Shown here piece after piece: positions 38,555-48,280 of a stretch of 64,000 nt of DNA (positions are counted from its first letter, which is position 1; the number at the start of each line of letters is the position of its first letter). The notes beneath the pieces were generated by a model, which was not told the origin of the DNA, made no database searches, and saw nothing but the letters and a program-made list of their open reading frames with translations. This DNA is from an uncultured Alistipes sp. Lineage in GTDB: Bacteria; Bacteroidota; Bacteroidia; Bacteroidales; Rikenellaceae. The stretch spans positions 15,560 to 79,559 of the forward strand of contig CALUNE010000010.1 of NCBI GenBank assembly GCA_944321945.1. The letters run 5' to 3'. The position numbers and the translations under genes were made by a program.

Positions 38555-38980
38555 ATGAAAATATTGATTCTCAACGGCCCGAATCTCAATCTGCAGGGAC
38601 GCCGCGATCCTGCCGTCTACGGCACGCAAACCTTCGAGAGCTTCTACGACGAACTCCGCAGGCGTTATCCGGCGGTCGAGTTCGAGTATCGGCAGTCGAA
38701 TCACGAGGGGGTTCTCATCGACACGATCCAGCAGGCCGACGGCCGCTTCGACGGCGTGGTCCTCAATGCCGGAGGCTATACCCATACGTCGGTGGCGCTG
38801 CGCGATGCCGTGGCGGCCGTGCGGGTGCCGGTCGTCGAGGTACACATCTCGTCGATCCTCGCCCGCGAGGAGTTTCGCCATACCTCGCTGCTGGCCCCCG
38901 TGGCCATGGGTTCGATCATGGGCTTCGGCCTGGATTCCTACCGGCTGGGCGTCGAGGCGCTGCTGCAGTCGGCCCGATAG
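38555..38980 (+). CDS. aroQ: Type II 3-dehydroquinate dehydratase
   Basis: LNGPNLNLQG.R.P.VYG, QSNHEG, THTSVALRD and EVHIS...REEFRH motifs. Confidence 0.96.
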   Translation: MKILILNGPNLNLQGRRDPAVYGTQTFESFYDELRRRYPAVEFEYRQSNHEGVLIDTIQQADGRFDGVVLNAGGYTHTSVALRDAVAAVRVPVVEVHISSILAREEFRHTSLLAPVAMGSIMGFGLDSYRLGVEALLQSAR

Positions 38981-39031
38981 TTGAGCATCGCAAGTCATAA
39001 CCGAAAAACAAAGAGTACCGCTATGTATCGC

Positions 39032-40498
39032 ATGAAAAAAACAAAGATCGTCGCCACCATGTCGGATTTCCGCTGCACGGAGGAGTTTGTCCAGAAACTC
39101 TTCGATGCCGGTATGGACGTCGTGCGCGTCAATTCGGCCCACGTCACCGAAGAGGGCGCCACGAAGATCGTCGAGACCGTTCATCGGGTCAATCCCGCCA
39201 TTCCGATCATGATCGACACCAAGGGTCCCGAGATCCGTGTCACGACGATTGCCGACGAATATGGCAACAGCATCCGCTTCCAGGCCGGGGACCGCGTGGC
39301 CGTTCGCGGCTCCGACGGTTCGGACCTCACCACCCGCAAGGTCGTCTACATGAACGTCCCCACGATCGTGCGTGACATTCCGGTCGGTGCCCGCATGCTG
39401 ATTGCCGACGGCGAGCTGGAGATCCGTGTCGTGTCGAAAACCGACGAGGAGCTTGACTGTGAATTCGTGGTCGGCGGCGCCATGCGCTCGCGCAAGAGCG
39501 TCAATGTCCCCGGCGTCTCGATCGACCTTCCGTCGGTGACCGAGAAGGACCGCCGCTTCATCGAGTGGGCCGTGCGCAACGACGTCGACTTCATCGCCCA
39601 TTCGTTTGTCCGTTCGGCTCGCGACGTGCAGGCCGTGCAGTCGATCCTCGACGCCCACCACAGCAATATCAAGATCATCTCGAAGATCGAAAACCAGGAG
39701 GGACTGGACAACATCGACGAGATCATCGAGGCGTCGTACGGCATCATGGTGGCGCGCGGCGACCTGGGTGTCGAACTCCCGGCCGAGGCCATTCCCAATG
39801 CGCAGCGCCGCATCGTCGAGAAGTGTATCTGCGCCAAGCGTCCGGTGATCATCGCCACGCAGATGCTCTATTCGATGGTCAAGTCGCCGCGCCCGACGCG
39901 TGCCGAGGTCAGCGACGTGGCCAGCGCCATCTACGAACGGGTCGATGCCGTGATGCTGAGCGACGAAACGGCCATGGGCGACTATCCCGTCGAGTCGGTC
40001 GAGACGATGGCCCGCGTGGCCCGCGCCATCGAACGCGACGAGGAGCACTTCCAGCCGATGATCGACATGAACATGGTCTCGGTCAACCACGAAATCACGG
40101 CCCAGCTGGCCCGTTCGGCCGTGCGGGCCTCGACCAATCTGCCGATCAAGTACGTACTGCTCGATACCAAAACCGGTCGCACGGGGCGTTATCTGGCCGC
40201 CTTCCGCGGCCGCAAGACCGTTATGGCCGTCTGCTACTCGCGTCATGCCCAGCGGATTCTGGCCCTCTCGTACGGCGTGGTCCCCATTCTGCGCAATCAG
40301 GAGCTTTCGGACCGCTACCACTTCCTGATCGATGCGCTGGAGTTCATCGATCAGTATCGCAAACTCGACGACGAGGATCTGATGGCCATCGTCGGCGGCA
40401 GCTTCGGTCCCGACGGCGGAGCCTCCTACGTCGAGATCTCCAACGTGCGGAACATTCGTCGCCGCAACGACGAGATCAAGGCCCGTCACAACGGTTAG
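39032..40498 (+). CDS. pyk: Pyruvate kinase (start may be 39023)
   Basis: KTKIVAT, DTKGPEIR, SKIEN, MVARGDLG, ATQML.SM and PTRAEVSDVA motifs. Confidence 0.93.
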   Translation: MKKTKIVATMSDFRCTEEFVQKLFDAGMDVVRVNSAHVTEEGATKIVETVHRVNPAIPIMIDTKGPEIRVTTIADEYGNSIRFQAGDRVAVRGSDGSDLTTRKVVYMNVPTIVRDIPVGARMLIADGELEIRVVSKTDEELDCEFVVGGAMRSRKSVNVPGVSIDLPSVTEKDRRFIEWAVRNDVDFIAHSFVRSARDVQAVQSILDAHHSNIKIISKIENQEGLDNIDEIIEASYGIMVARGDLGVELPAEAIPNAQRRIVEKCICAKRPVIIATQMLYSMVKSPRPTRAEVSDVASAIYERVDAVMLSDETAMGDYPVESVETMARVARAIERDEEHFQPMIDMNMVSVNHEITAQLARSAVRASTNLPIKYVLLDTKTGRTGRYLAAFRGRKTVMAVCYSRHAQRILALSYGVVPILRNQELSDRYHFLIDALEFIDQYRKLDDEDLMAIVGGSFGPDGGASYVEISNVRNIRRRNDEIKARHNG

Positions 40499-40501
40499 AC
40501 C

Positions 40502-41953
40502 TTGGCCGGAGAGCTCAAAGAGAAGGTCGCGCGGGGCGTTGCGTGGAGCATGGCCGAGAAGATCGGTTCCATGCTCCTCACGATGGCCGTACGGTTCGTG
40601 ATCCTGCGCCTGCTGACGCGTGAGATCATGGGCTACATGGCCATCCCGACGGCCATCGTCACCGTACTGCTGGTCCTCATCGACGGCGGCTTCTCGCAGG
40701 GGCTCATCCGCCGCAAGGACCCCTCGGATACCGACTACAAGTCGGTCTTCCTGTTCAACATGAGCGTTGCGACGCTCTGCTACGTGCTGATGGTGGCCAC
40801 GGCGCCGCTGGTGGCCCGCTGGTACGACATGCCGGTCATCGCCGAAATCGCTCCGGTCTTCTATCTGCTGCTGCCGCTGACGGCTCTGTGCGCCGTGCAG
40901 AACACGATCTTCATCCGGCAGTTCCGCTTTGCGCTGCTCTCGAAGGTGACCTTCCTCGCGTCGCTCGTCGGCGGACTGGCCGCCATTGCCTTCGCCGTGG
41001 CCGGGTGGGGAATCTGGAGCCTGGTGATCGAACGGGTCGTTTCGGTGGGGCTGCGCACGGCAATCCTCTGGTGGCTGAGCGACTGGCGTCCGCGGGGCCG
41101 CTTCTCGCGACAGCCCCTGCAAGAAATGTCGAAATTCGGCTGCAGCCTCATGGCTACGGACCTGATCTCGAACTTCTACAACAAGATCCCGCAGTTCTTC
41201 CTCGGATCGCTCTATCCGGCTTCGACCCTGGGATCGTTCGACCAGGCCGTCAAGATCAAGGACATGCCCGCCACGACCGGCATGCAGGCCGTGCAGAACG
41301 TCACCTTCCCGGCCTTCTCGAAGATTCGCGACGACCTCCCGAAACTCACCGAAAGCTATCGTCAGGTGGTGATGATCGTCGCCTACGTCATGTTTCCCGT
41401 CATGCTGGGGCTCTCGGCCGTGGCCCACGATCTGTTCGGCGTGCTCCTGTCCGAGGAGTGGATGCCCACGGTGCCCTATTTCGAGGTAGTCTGCCTGGCT
41501 GGCCTCTTCTCGCCCGTGGCCGTCATCTCGATGAACATCCTCAAGGCCCGGAGCGCCGGTCCGCTCATCGTGCGGCTCGAAATCCTCAAGAAGGTGGTCA
41601 TGACGGTGATCTTCGCCGTGACAATCCCCCGCGGCGTCATGGCCGTAGTCTGGGGGCTGGTGGCCATCGCCGCCTGCGAGATGGGGATCAACTTTGTCGC
41701 CACGCTGCGTTTCACCGACCTTACGATCGGGCGCTTCCTGCGTACGCTGCTGCCCGTGGCACTTCTTTCGGCGGGGATGTGGCTGGTCGTGCGCGGCGTC
41801 GGGGCGCTCATTCCGGGCAGCGACATCCTGCGGCTGCTGGCAGAGTTGGTGGTCGGTTTTGTCTTCTATGTCGGAGGATCGGCGCTGTTTCGTTTCGAGG
41901 CTTTCCACGAGGTGTGCGACATCCTCAAAAAACAGATCGCCCACAAGTCGTAG
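40502..41953 (+). CDS. Wzx/WzxC-type polysaccharide flippase
   Basis: LKEKVARGVAWS, DGGFSQGLI, GWGIWSLV; many TM helices; TTG start. Confidence 0.88.
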   Translation: MAGELKEKVARGVAWSMAEKIGSMLLTMAVRFVILRLLTREIMGYMAIPTAIVTVLLVLIDGGFSQGLIRRKDPSDTDYKSVFLFNMSVATLCYVLMVATAPLVARWYDMPVIAEIAPVFYLLLPLTALCAVQNTIFIRQFRFALLSKVTFLASLVGGLAAIAFAVAGWGIWSLVIERVVSVGLRTAILWWLSDWRPRGRFSRQPLQEMSKFGCSLMATDLISNFYNKIPQFFLGSLYPASTLGSFDQAVKIKDMPATTGMQAVQNVTFPAFSKIRDDLPKLTESYRQVVMIVAYVMFPVMLGLSAVAHDLFGVLLSEEWMPTVPYFEVVCLAGLFSPVAVISMNILKARSAGPLIVRLEILKKVVMTVIFAVTIPRGVMAVVWGLVAIAACEMGINFVATLRFTDLTIGRFLRTLLPVALLSAGMWLVVRGVGALIPGSDILRLLAELVVGFVFYVGGSALFRFEAFHEVCDILKKQIAHKS

Positions 41954-41992
41954 GCGATCCGTCTTCCATTTGTTTGCGATTTTTGTCTCCCG

Positions 41993-43060
41993 CTATTTGT
42001 AGACCTTCGGTGTGACGATCCCCCGCAGGACGACCAGTGCGTTCTGCACCAGCGCCTCGAGTTCGTTCTCGCCCGCATAGACCGTCACCGGCGCGATGAA
42101 CGAACAGTGGTTGCGGATGTACTCCACGACCGGTTCGTTGTAGGCGATGCCGCCCGTCAGCAGGATCCCGTCCACCCGCCCTTCGAGGGCGGCGGCCATG
42201 GCTCCGATCTGTTTCGAGATGTTGTAGCACATGGCATCCAGCACCTTGCGGGCCCGTTGATCGCCCTTGTCGATGCGTTCCATGACCTGGATCACGGAGT
42301 TCGTACCCAGATAGGCGACCAGTCCGCCCTTGCTTGAAACATACTTCAGCAGCTCCTCGCGGGTGTATTGCCCCGAAAAGCAGACTTTGATCAGTTCGCT
42401 CGACGGGATACTCCCGGCCCGGTCCGGAGCAAAGGGCCCGTCGCCGTCCAGCGCGTTGTTGACGTCGACGATCCGACCCTGCCGGTGTGCGGCGACCGAG
42501 ATGCCGCCGCCCATGTGGGCCACGATCAGATTGGTCTGTTCGTAGATCCGTCCGCTCTTTTCACAGTGCAGACGGGCGATGGCCTTCTGATTCAGGGCGT
42601 GGAAAATCGGTTTGCGCGGGCACATCGGCATGCCGGTGATGCGGGCCGTGTCGTCCATTTCGTCCACCACGGGCGGATCGGCAATGTAGGCCTTGACCTT
42701 GGCCATGTGTGCAATTTGTGCTGCGAGCAGCCCGCCCAGGTTGCAGGCATGCTTCATCGTCGCGTTGCGCAGGTCGTAGCGCATCCGCGAATTCACCTCG
42801 TATACTCCGGCCGGAATCGGGCGGATCAGTCCGCCGCGGCCGATGACGGCCGACAGTTCGCGCAGCGGGAAGTTCGCTTCGCGCAGGGCCGAAAGTATCA
42901 ATCCTCTCCGCCAATCCAACTGGTCGATGACATCGGTGAAGCGTTGCAGCTCCTCCGTCGAGTGGCGCAGCGTCAAATCCAACAAAGGCCGCTCTTCCTC
43001 GTAAAGAGCGACCTTTGTGGATGTTGAGCCGGGATTTATCGCTAAGATTTTGTAGCTCAT
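41993..43060 (-). CDS. buk: Butyrate (branched-chain acyl) kinase
   Basis: INPGSTSTK, GRGGL, HACNLG, FHALNQKA, HMGGGISV and LTGGIA motifs. Confidence 0.95.
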   Translation of the reverse strand: MSYKILAINPGSTSTKVALYEEERPLLDLTLRHSTEELQRFTDVIDQLDWRRGLILSALREANFPLRELSAVIGRGGLIRPIPAGVYEVNSRMRYDLRNATMKHACNLGGLLAAQIAHMAKVKAYIADPPVVDEMDDTARITGMPMCPRKPIFHALNQKAIARLHCEKSGRIYEQTNLIVAHMGGGISVAAHRQGRIVDVNNALDGDGPFAPDRAGSIPSSELIKVCFSGQYTREELLKYVSSKGGLVAYLGTNSVIQVMERIDKGDQRARKVLDAMCYNISKQIGAMAAALEGRVDGILLTGGIAYNEPVVEYIRNHCSFIAPVTVYAGENELEALVQNALVVLRGIVTPKVYK

Positions 43061-43108
43061 AAAGTTCTCGGTTCAGTCAGGTTAGGTGCGGCTATCCCGC
43101 CGCAAAGG

Positions 43109-44017
43109 TCATTTCTTCACGGCCAGGCAAGCCAGTGCGATCGAGTAAAGCTTCGTGAGGCTGGTATCGCCGCGCGAAGTCAGCACGCAGGGAACGTTCG
43201 TACCCATCACCATGGCGGCCAGTTCGCCGCCGCAGAGGTGCGTGGCGCTCTTGAAGAAGACGTTTGCCGACTCGAGATTCGGGAAGAGCAGGCAGTCCGG
43301 ATCGCCGGCCACCGACGAACCCTTGACCTTCTTGTGTTCGGCGACATCCTTGTAGAGGGCCACGTCGAGTGACAGCGGGCCGTCGACGATGACGTTGCCC
43401 AGCTGGCCGCGGTCGCCCATCTTGGCCAGAATAGCCCCTTCGGTCGACGAGATCACGCTCGTGAGCACCTGCTCCGACGGGGCGATGCAGGCGATCTTCG
43501 GGCAGTCGATGCCCAGCAGCTTGGCCGTCTGGGCCAGGTAGCCGATCTGCTTCATCTTCTGCTTGAAGTCGGGCAGCGGAATAACGGCCACGTCCGAGAT
43601 GATGAGCAGTTTGTGGTAGCAGGGCATTTCGATGATCGAGACATGGCTCAGGACGCCCTTCGGCGGGAAGAGGCCGGCATCCTTGTTCAGGATTCCGCGC
43701 ATGTACTTGTCCGTCGAGACCAGACCCTTCATCAGCACGTCGGCATTGCCTGCCACGACGGCCGCAACGGCCTGCTGGACGCACTTCACGTCATTGGGTT
43801 CGTTGACGATGTTGAAGGCCTTGATGTCGATGTTGTTTTCGGCGCAGACCTGTTCGATGACGGCCTTGTCGCCGAAGAGCGTCGGCTCGACAAGTCCCTC
43901 CTTGTAGGCCTCGTAGACGGCCTGCAGCGTGTGCGAATCCTGGCCGTAAGCTACGGCAAGGCGCTTTTTGCCCCGTTTTCTCGCCTCTTCGACGATCTCG
44001 GTAAGATGCTGAATCAT
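43109..44017 (-). CDS. ptb: Phosphate butyryl/acyltransferase
   Basis: LMKGLVST, LSHV, DGPLSLD, P..LTSRGD motifs. Confidence 0.9.
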   Translation of the reverse strand: MIQHLTEIVEEARKRGKKRLAVAYGQDSHTLQAVYEAYKEGLVEPTLFGDKAVIEQVCAENNIDIKAFNIVNEPNDVKCVQQAVAAVVAGNADVLMKGLVSTDKYMRGILNKDAGLFPPKGVLSHVSIIEMPCYHKLLIISDVAVIPLPDFKQKMKQIGYLAQTAKLLGIDCPKIACIAPSEQVLTSVISSTEGAILAKMGDRGQLGNVIVDGPLSLDVALYKDVAEHKKVKGSSVAGDPDCLLFPNLESANVFFKSATHLCGGELAAMVMGTNVPCVLTSRGDTSLTKLYSIALACLAVKK

Positions 44018-44056
44018 GATGTTTGAGATTTTATGGGATTGTTGTATCCGTTGTTT

Positions 44057-45259
44057 CTATTTGACCAGGTTGTAGGTGTCGGTGGCGATCATCAGCTCCT
44101 CGTCGGTGGCGATGACGGCGACCTTGACCTTCGATTCGGGCTTCGAGAGGATCTTGTTCACGCCGCGCGTGCCGCGGTTGGCCTCCTTGTCGAACTGGAC
44201 GCCCATGAATTCGAGCCCCGAGCAGACCGATTCGCGCATTTCGCTCGAGTTCTCGCCCACGCCGCCCGTGAAGACGATCAGATCCACACCGCCCATCTCG
44301 GCGGCATATTCGCCGACGAACTTCTTGATGCGGCGGTAGTACATGTCGCGGGCCAGAATGGCGCGTTCGTTGCCTTCGTCGTAGGCGTGGTCGATGTCGC
44401 GCATGTCGCTCGAGATGCCCGTCAGGCCCAGCACGCCGGACTTCTTGTTCATCATCGTCTCGAGCTGGGCGTAGCTCATGCCCTCCTTTTCGCCGATGAA
44501 GGTGATGGCGCTGGCGTCGACCTGGCCGCAGCGCGTGCCCATGACCAGACCGTCGAGCGGCGAGAAGCCCATCGACGTATCGAACGACTTGCCGTTGAGC
44601 ACGGCCGTGACGGAGCCTCCGTTGCCGATGTGGCAGGTGACGATCTTCGAGTTTTCGAACTCCAGGCCGGCCAGTTCGGCGCCGACGCGGGCCACGTATT
44701 TGTGGCTGGTTCCGTGGAATCCGTACTTGCGCACGCGGTATTTTTCATAGTATTCGTACGGCAGGGCGTACATGTAGTTGACGGCGGGGATGGTCTGGTG
44801 GAACGACGTGTCGAAGACCGTCACCTGCTTCACGCCCGGGAGTACCTTCTCCACGGCGTTGATACCCTCCAGACTGGCGGGATTGTGCAGCGGGGCGATC
44901 TGGCACAGCGACTGGATCTTGGCCTTGACATCTTCGGTGACGATGCAGCTGGCGGGGAAGAATTCGCCGCCGTGAGCCACGCGGTGGCCGACGGCCTTCA
45001 CCTCGTCGAGCGACGTGATCACGCCGTGCGTGGGGTCGGTCAGTGCGTCGAGGACCAGTTTGATGCCGGTCGTGTGGTCGGGGATCGGCTGGTGGAGTTC
45101 GAACGGCGTCTTGCCGACGGGTTTGTGGGTGAGGTCGCCTTCGGGCAGCCCGATGCGTTCCACGAGACCTTTGGCGAGCAGTTTGCCCGTCTTGCCCTCC
45201 ATGTCGATCACCTGGTATTTGATCGACGAAGAGCCGCAGTTCAATACGAGAATTACCAT
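44057..45259 (-). CDS. ackA: Acetate kinase
   Basis: LNCGSSSIKY, GHRVAHGG, APLHNP, YGFHGTSH, FTGGVGEN and TDEE motifs. Confidence 0.97.
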   Translation of the reverse strand: MVILVLNCGSSSIKYQVIDMEGKTGKLLAKGLVERIGLPEGDLTHKPVGKTPFELHQPIPDHTTGIKLVLDALTDPTHGVITSLDEVKAVGHRVAHGGEFFPASCIVTEDVKAKIQSLCQIAPLHNPASLEGINAVEKVLPGVKQVTVFDTSFHQTIPAVNYMYALPYEYYEKYRVRKYGFHGTSHKYVARVGAELAGLEFENSKIVTCHIGNGGSVTAVLNGKSFDTSMGFSPLDGLVMGTRCGQVDASAITFIGEKEGMSYAQLETMMNKKSGVLGLTGISSDMRDIDHAYDEGNERAILARDMYYRRIKKFVGEYAAEMGGVDLIVFTGGVGENSSEMRESVCSGLEFMGVQFDKEANRGTRGVNKILSKPESKVKVAVIATDEELMIATDTYNLVK

Positions 45260-45358
45260 AATGCGTTATTTTTTAAGTTTTTGTATGATCTTTGTTGTCG
45301 GGATATCGTCCAATCGTCTGCGGTTGATGGGATGTGCCCGATCGTCTTGTCCGTCCCT

Positions 45359-45730
45359 CTACGCACGGGTCTGCGATCCGAGGAGCATGCCCAGAGCCGT
45401 GAATATCAGGCAGACGCATACACTCAGCACCACATACCAGACTGCCGGTCCGTAATCGCCGGCCCGCAGCAGGCGAACCGTATCGGCCGAGAAGGTCGAG
45501 AAGGTGGTGAATCCTCCGCAAAGTCCCACGACGAGCAGCCAGCTCCAGGTCGAGGAGGAGAGCGTCTGGAGCAGGAAGCCGATCAGAAGCGACCCGACGG
45601 CGTTGACCGTAAACGTTCCGAGCGGGAACCCCAGCAGCAGTTGGCCTCCGAGCATCCATGACGAAAGCGCATAGCGGGCCATGCTTCCGATAGCCCCGCC
45701 CAGTCCCACGCAGAAGAGTTCACGAATCAT
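45359..45730 (-). CDS. crcB: Fluoride efflux channel Fluc/CrcB
   Basis: GGAIGSMARY, FPLGTF.VN and GLCGGFTTFSTF motifs. Confidence 0.95.
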   Translation of the reverse strand: MIRELFCVGLGGAIGSMARYALSSWMLGGQLLLGFPLGTFTVNAVGSLLIGFLLQTLSSSTWSWLLVVGLCGGFTTFSTFSADTVRLLRAGDYGPAVWYVVLSVCVCLIFTALGMLLGSQTRA

Positions 45731-45833
45731 AAGTAAATGTAGGTATTATTTTACGGACTTGCAAATTTAAGTAAAAAATGATTACGGATTGTTTCATTTT
45801 TTACCCGAAAAGCGGGATTTTTTATCCGATCGG

Positions 45834-47090
45834 TTACGAGGTGCGGATCTGGCCGTCGCCCGTGACGATGTATTTGTAGGTGGTCAGTTCGGGGAGGCCC
45901 ATCGGACCGCGGGCATGGAGCTTCTGGGTTGAGATGCCGACCTCGGCGCCGAAACCGAACTGTCCGCCGTCGGTGAAGGCCGTCGAGACGTTGACGTAGA
46001 GGCACGCCGCATCGACCCGCCGGGTGAAGATGTCGGCCGTGGTCGGATCTTCGGTCACAATGGCCTCGCTGTGGTGTGACGAGTAGCGGGCGATGTGGTC
46101 CAGCGCCTCGTCGAGCGATCCGACGCTGCGGATGGCCATCTTGTAGTCGAGGAACTCCGTGCCGTAGTCGTCATCGGTGGCTGGACGAAGCAGTTCGGCG
46201 GGGTAGTGGTCCGTGAGGGCGGCGAGGGCCTCGCGGTCGGCGTAGAGCGTGACGTGATGCTCGGCCAGCGGGGCGCACAGTGCGGGCAGATCGCCCAGCC
46301 GGTCGCGGTGGATGATGAGACAGTCCAGCGCGTTGCAGACGCTCACGCGCCGCGTCTTGGCGTTGCAGATCACCCGCCGGCCCTTCTCCACGTCGCCGGC
46401 CGCATCGAAGTAGGTGTGGACGATCCCGGCGCCGGTCTCGATCACCGGGACCCGGGCATGCTCGCGCACGAAGCGGATCAGCCCTGCGCCGCCGCGCGGA
46501 ATGACCACATCGACGTAACCCACGGCGTTGAGCAGTTCGCCCACGGCCGCGTGGTCCGACGGCAGCAGCGTGAAGGCCGCCCGGTCGATCTCCGCCCGGC
46601 GGAGCGCTTCGTGGAGGGCGCGGGCGATCGCTTCGTTCGAGCGGCGGGCGTCGCTGCCGCCCTTCAGCACGCAGGCATTGCCCGTCTTCATGCAGAGTGA
46701 GAAGATGTCGGCCGTGACGTTGGGACGCGCCTCGCAGATCATCCCCACGACGCCGAACGGCACGCGCACCTTGCGGATCGTCATGCCGTTGGGGCGGGTC
46801 CAGGCGTCGAGTGTCTCGCCCTGTGGCGAGGGGAGCGCCGCCACGGCCTCCATGTCGGCGGCAATAGCCTCCAGACGTTCGGGCGTCAGCCGCAGCCGGT
46901 CGCACAGCGGCGACGAGGGATCCATCGCGGCCAGATCCCCGGCATTGGCTGCTAGGATCTCCGGCGTATGGCTGCGGAGCATGTCGGCGGCCGTGCGGAC
47001 CGCTTCGGAGAGCCGTTCGGCGGGGAGATTGCCCAAGGCGGCTCCGGCCTTGCGGGCCGCCTCGAAGAGGGATCGGTAATCGGTTTCCAT
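45834..47090 (-). CDS. proA: Glutamate-5-semialdehyde dehydrogenase
   Basis: EARPNVT, IPRGG, VCNA and STQKLHARGPMGL motifs; ATG at 47090. Confidence 0.96.
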   Translation of the reverse strand: METDYRSLFEAARKAGAALGNLPAERLSEAVRTAADMLRSHTPEILAANAGDLAAMDPSSPLCDRLRLTPERLEAIAADMEAVAALPSPQGETLDAWTRPNGMTIRKVRVPFGVVGMICEARPNVTADIFSLCMKTGNACVLKGGSDARRSNEAIARALHEALRRAEIDRAAFTLLPSDHAAVGELLNAVGYVDVVIPRGGAGLIRFVREHARVPVIETGAGIVHTYFDAAGDVEKGRRVICNAKTRRVSVCNALDCLIIHRDRLGDLPALCAPLAEHHVTLYADREALAALTDHYPAELLRPATDDDYGTEFLDYKMAIRSVGSLDEALDHIARYSSHHSEAIVTEDPTTADIFTRRVDAACLYVNVSTAFTDGGQFGFGAEVGISTQKLHARGPMGLPELTTYKYIVTGDGQIRTS

Positions 47091-47095
47091 GGCCA

Positions 47096-48187
47096 CTATT
47101 CCAGATAAAGATAATCGCAGTGAATCAAAGGTTTGAGTCCTTTTCGGCCCAGATTGCGGCGGGCCGTGTCGCTGTCGCACGAGATGCGTCCCACGCCCAG
47201 CTGGGTGCCGTCGGGCGAGAGGATCCGCACGATGTCGTCGCGTTCGAATTCGCCCTCGACCCCGGTGACGCCCACGGCCAGGATGCTCGCCGCCTGGCTC
47301 CGCCGCACTGCCTCGACGGCTCCGGCATCGAGCCGCAGCGCCCCCTTGGCGAAGCCTTCGCTGCTGGCGATCCACTTCTTGACGCCCGAAGCGCTGTGCG
47401 GAGCCGGTTCGAAACGCGTGCAGACCACGTCGCGGTCGGTCAGCACGAGGTCCGTCAGGATGTTGTCGCGGCGTCCGTTGGCGATCACCACCTCGATGCC
47501 CTCGCCGGCCACGCGGCTTGAGATGCGGCTCTTGGAGGTCATGCCGCCGCGGCCGCGCGACGAACGTGTCGTGTCGATGTACTGCGAGAGGTCGCGTCCC
47601 GGCGCCACACGGCGGATGACCTGCGAGGCGGGGTCCGACGGCGAACCGTCGTAGATGCCGTCGATGTTGCTCAGAATCAGCAGCGCATCGGCTCCCATCA
47701 TCGCCGCCACGAGCCCCGAGAGTTCGTCGTTGTCGGTGAACATCAGCTCCGTGACCGAGATCGTGTCGTTCTCGTTGACGATCGGGATCACGCCGGCGGC
47801 AAGCATCGCCTCCATGCAGTTGCGCTGGTTGAGGTACTGGCGGCGGGTCGAGAGGCTCTCCTTCGTGGTGAGGACCTGTCCGCAGGTGATGCCGTATTCG
47901 TTGAAGAGGTCGTAATAGCGGTTGAGCAACTTGACCTGTCCGACGGCCGAATAGAGCTGGCGCGCCGAGACCGTGTCGATGCGTCCGACGCGTGATTCGA
48001 GCAGGCTGCGTCCCGAGGCCACGGCACCCGACGAGACGACGATCACCTCGATGCGGGCCCGGTGCAGGCGGGCGATCTCGTCGACCAGTGCCGAGATGCG
48101 TGTCGTGTCGGGACGTCCGTCGTCGCGCGTCAGCACGTTGCTGCCGATCTTGATGACGATCCGGCGGTATTTTCCCTGTTGTGTCAT
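47096..48187 (-). CDS. proB: Glutamate 5-kinase
   Basis: VIKIGS, VSSGAV, NEND, DNDELS and GGM.SK motifs; PUA domain. Confidence 0.96.
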   Translation of the reverse strand: MTQQGKYRRIVIKIGSNVLTRDDGRPDTTRISALVDEIARLHRARIEVIVVSSGAVASGRSLLESRVGRIDTVSARQLYSAVGQVKLLNRYYDLFNEYGITCGQVLTTKESLSTRRQYLNQRNCMEAMLAAGVIPIVNENDTISVTELMFTDNDELSGLVAAMMGADALLILSNIDGIYDGSPSDPASQVIRRVAPGRDLSQYIDTTRSSRGRGGMTSKSRISSRVAGEGIEVVIANGRRDNILTDLVLTDRDVVCTRFEPAPHSASGVKKWIASSEGFAKGALRLDAGAVEAVRRSQAASILAVGVTGVEGEFERDDIVRILSPDGTQLGVGRISCDSDTARRNLGRKGLKPLIHCDYLYLE

Positions 48188-48280
48188 GTCTTGAACCTGT
48201 TTAACCTAACCTGTTTTCGTTTGCCGGGGCTCTTCCCGGCGCTCCGATTCGCATCGTCTTGCGGTCCGTCGCGTGCCGGA

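Noticed and set aside
45731-45833. Fluoride riboswitch upstream of crcB
   Set aside because: No GGCGATGG...GTTCGCC-type core, and the promoter lies only about 30 nt before the ATG.
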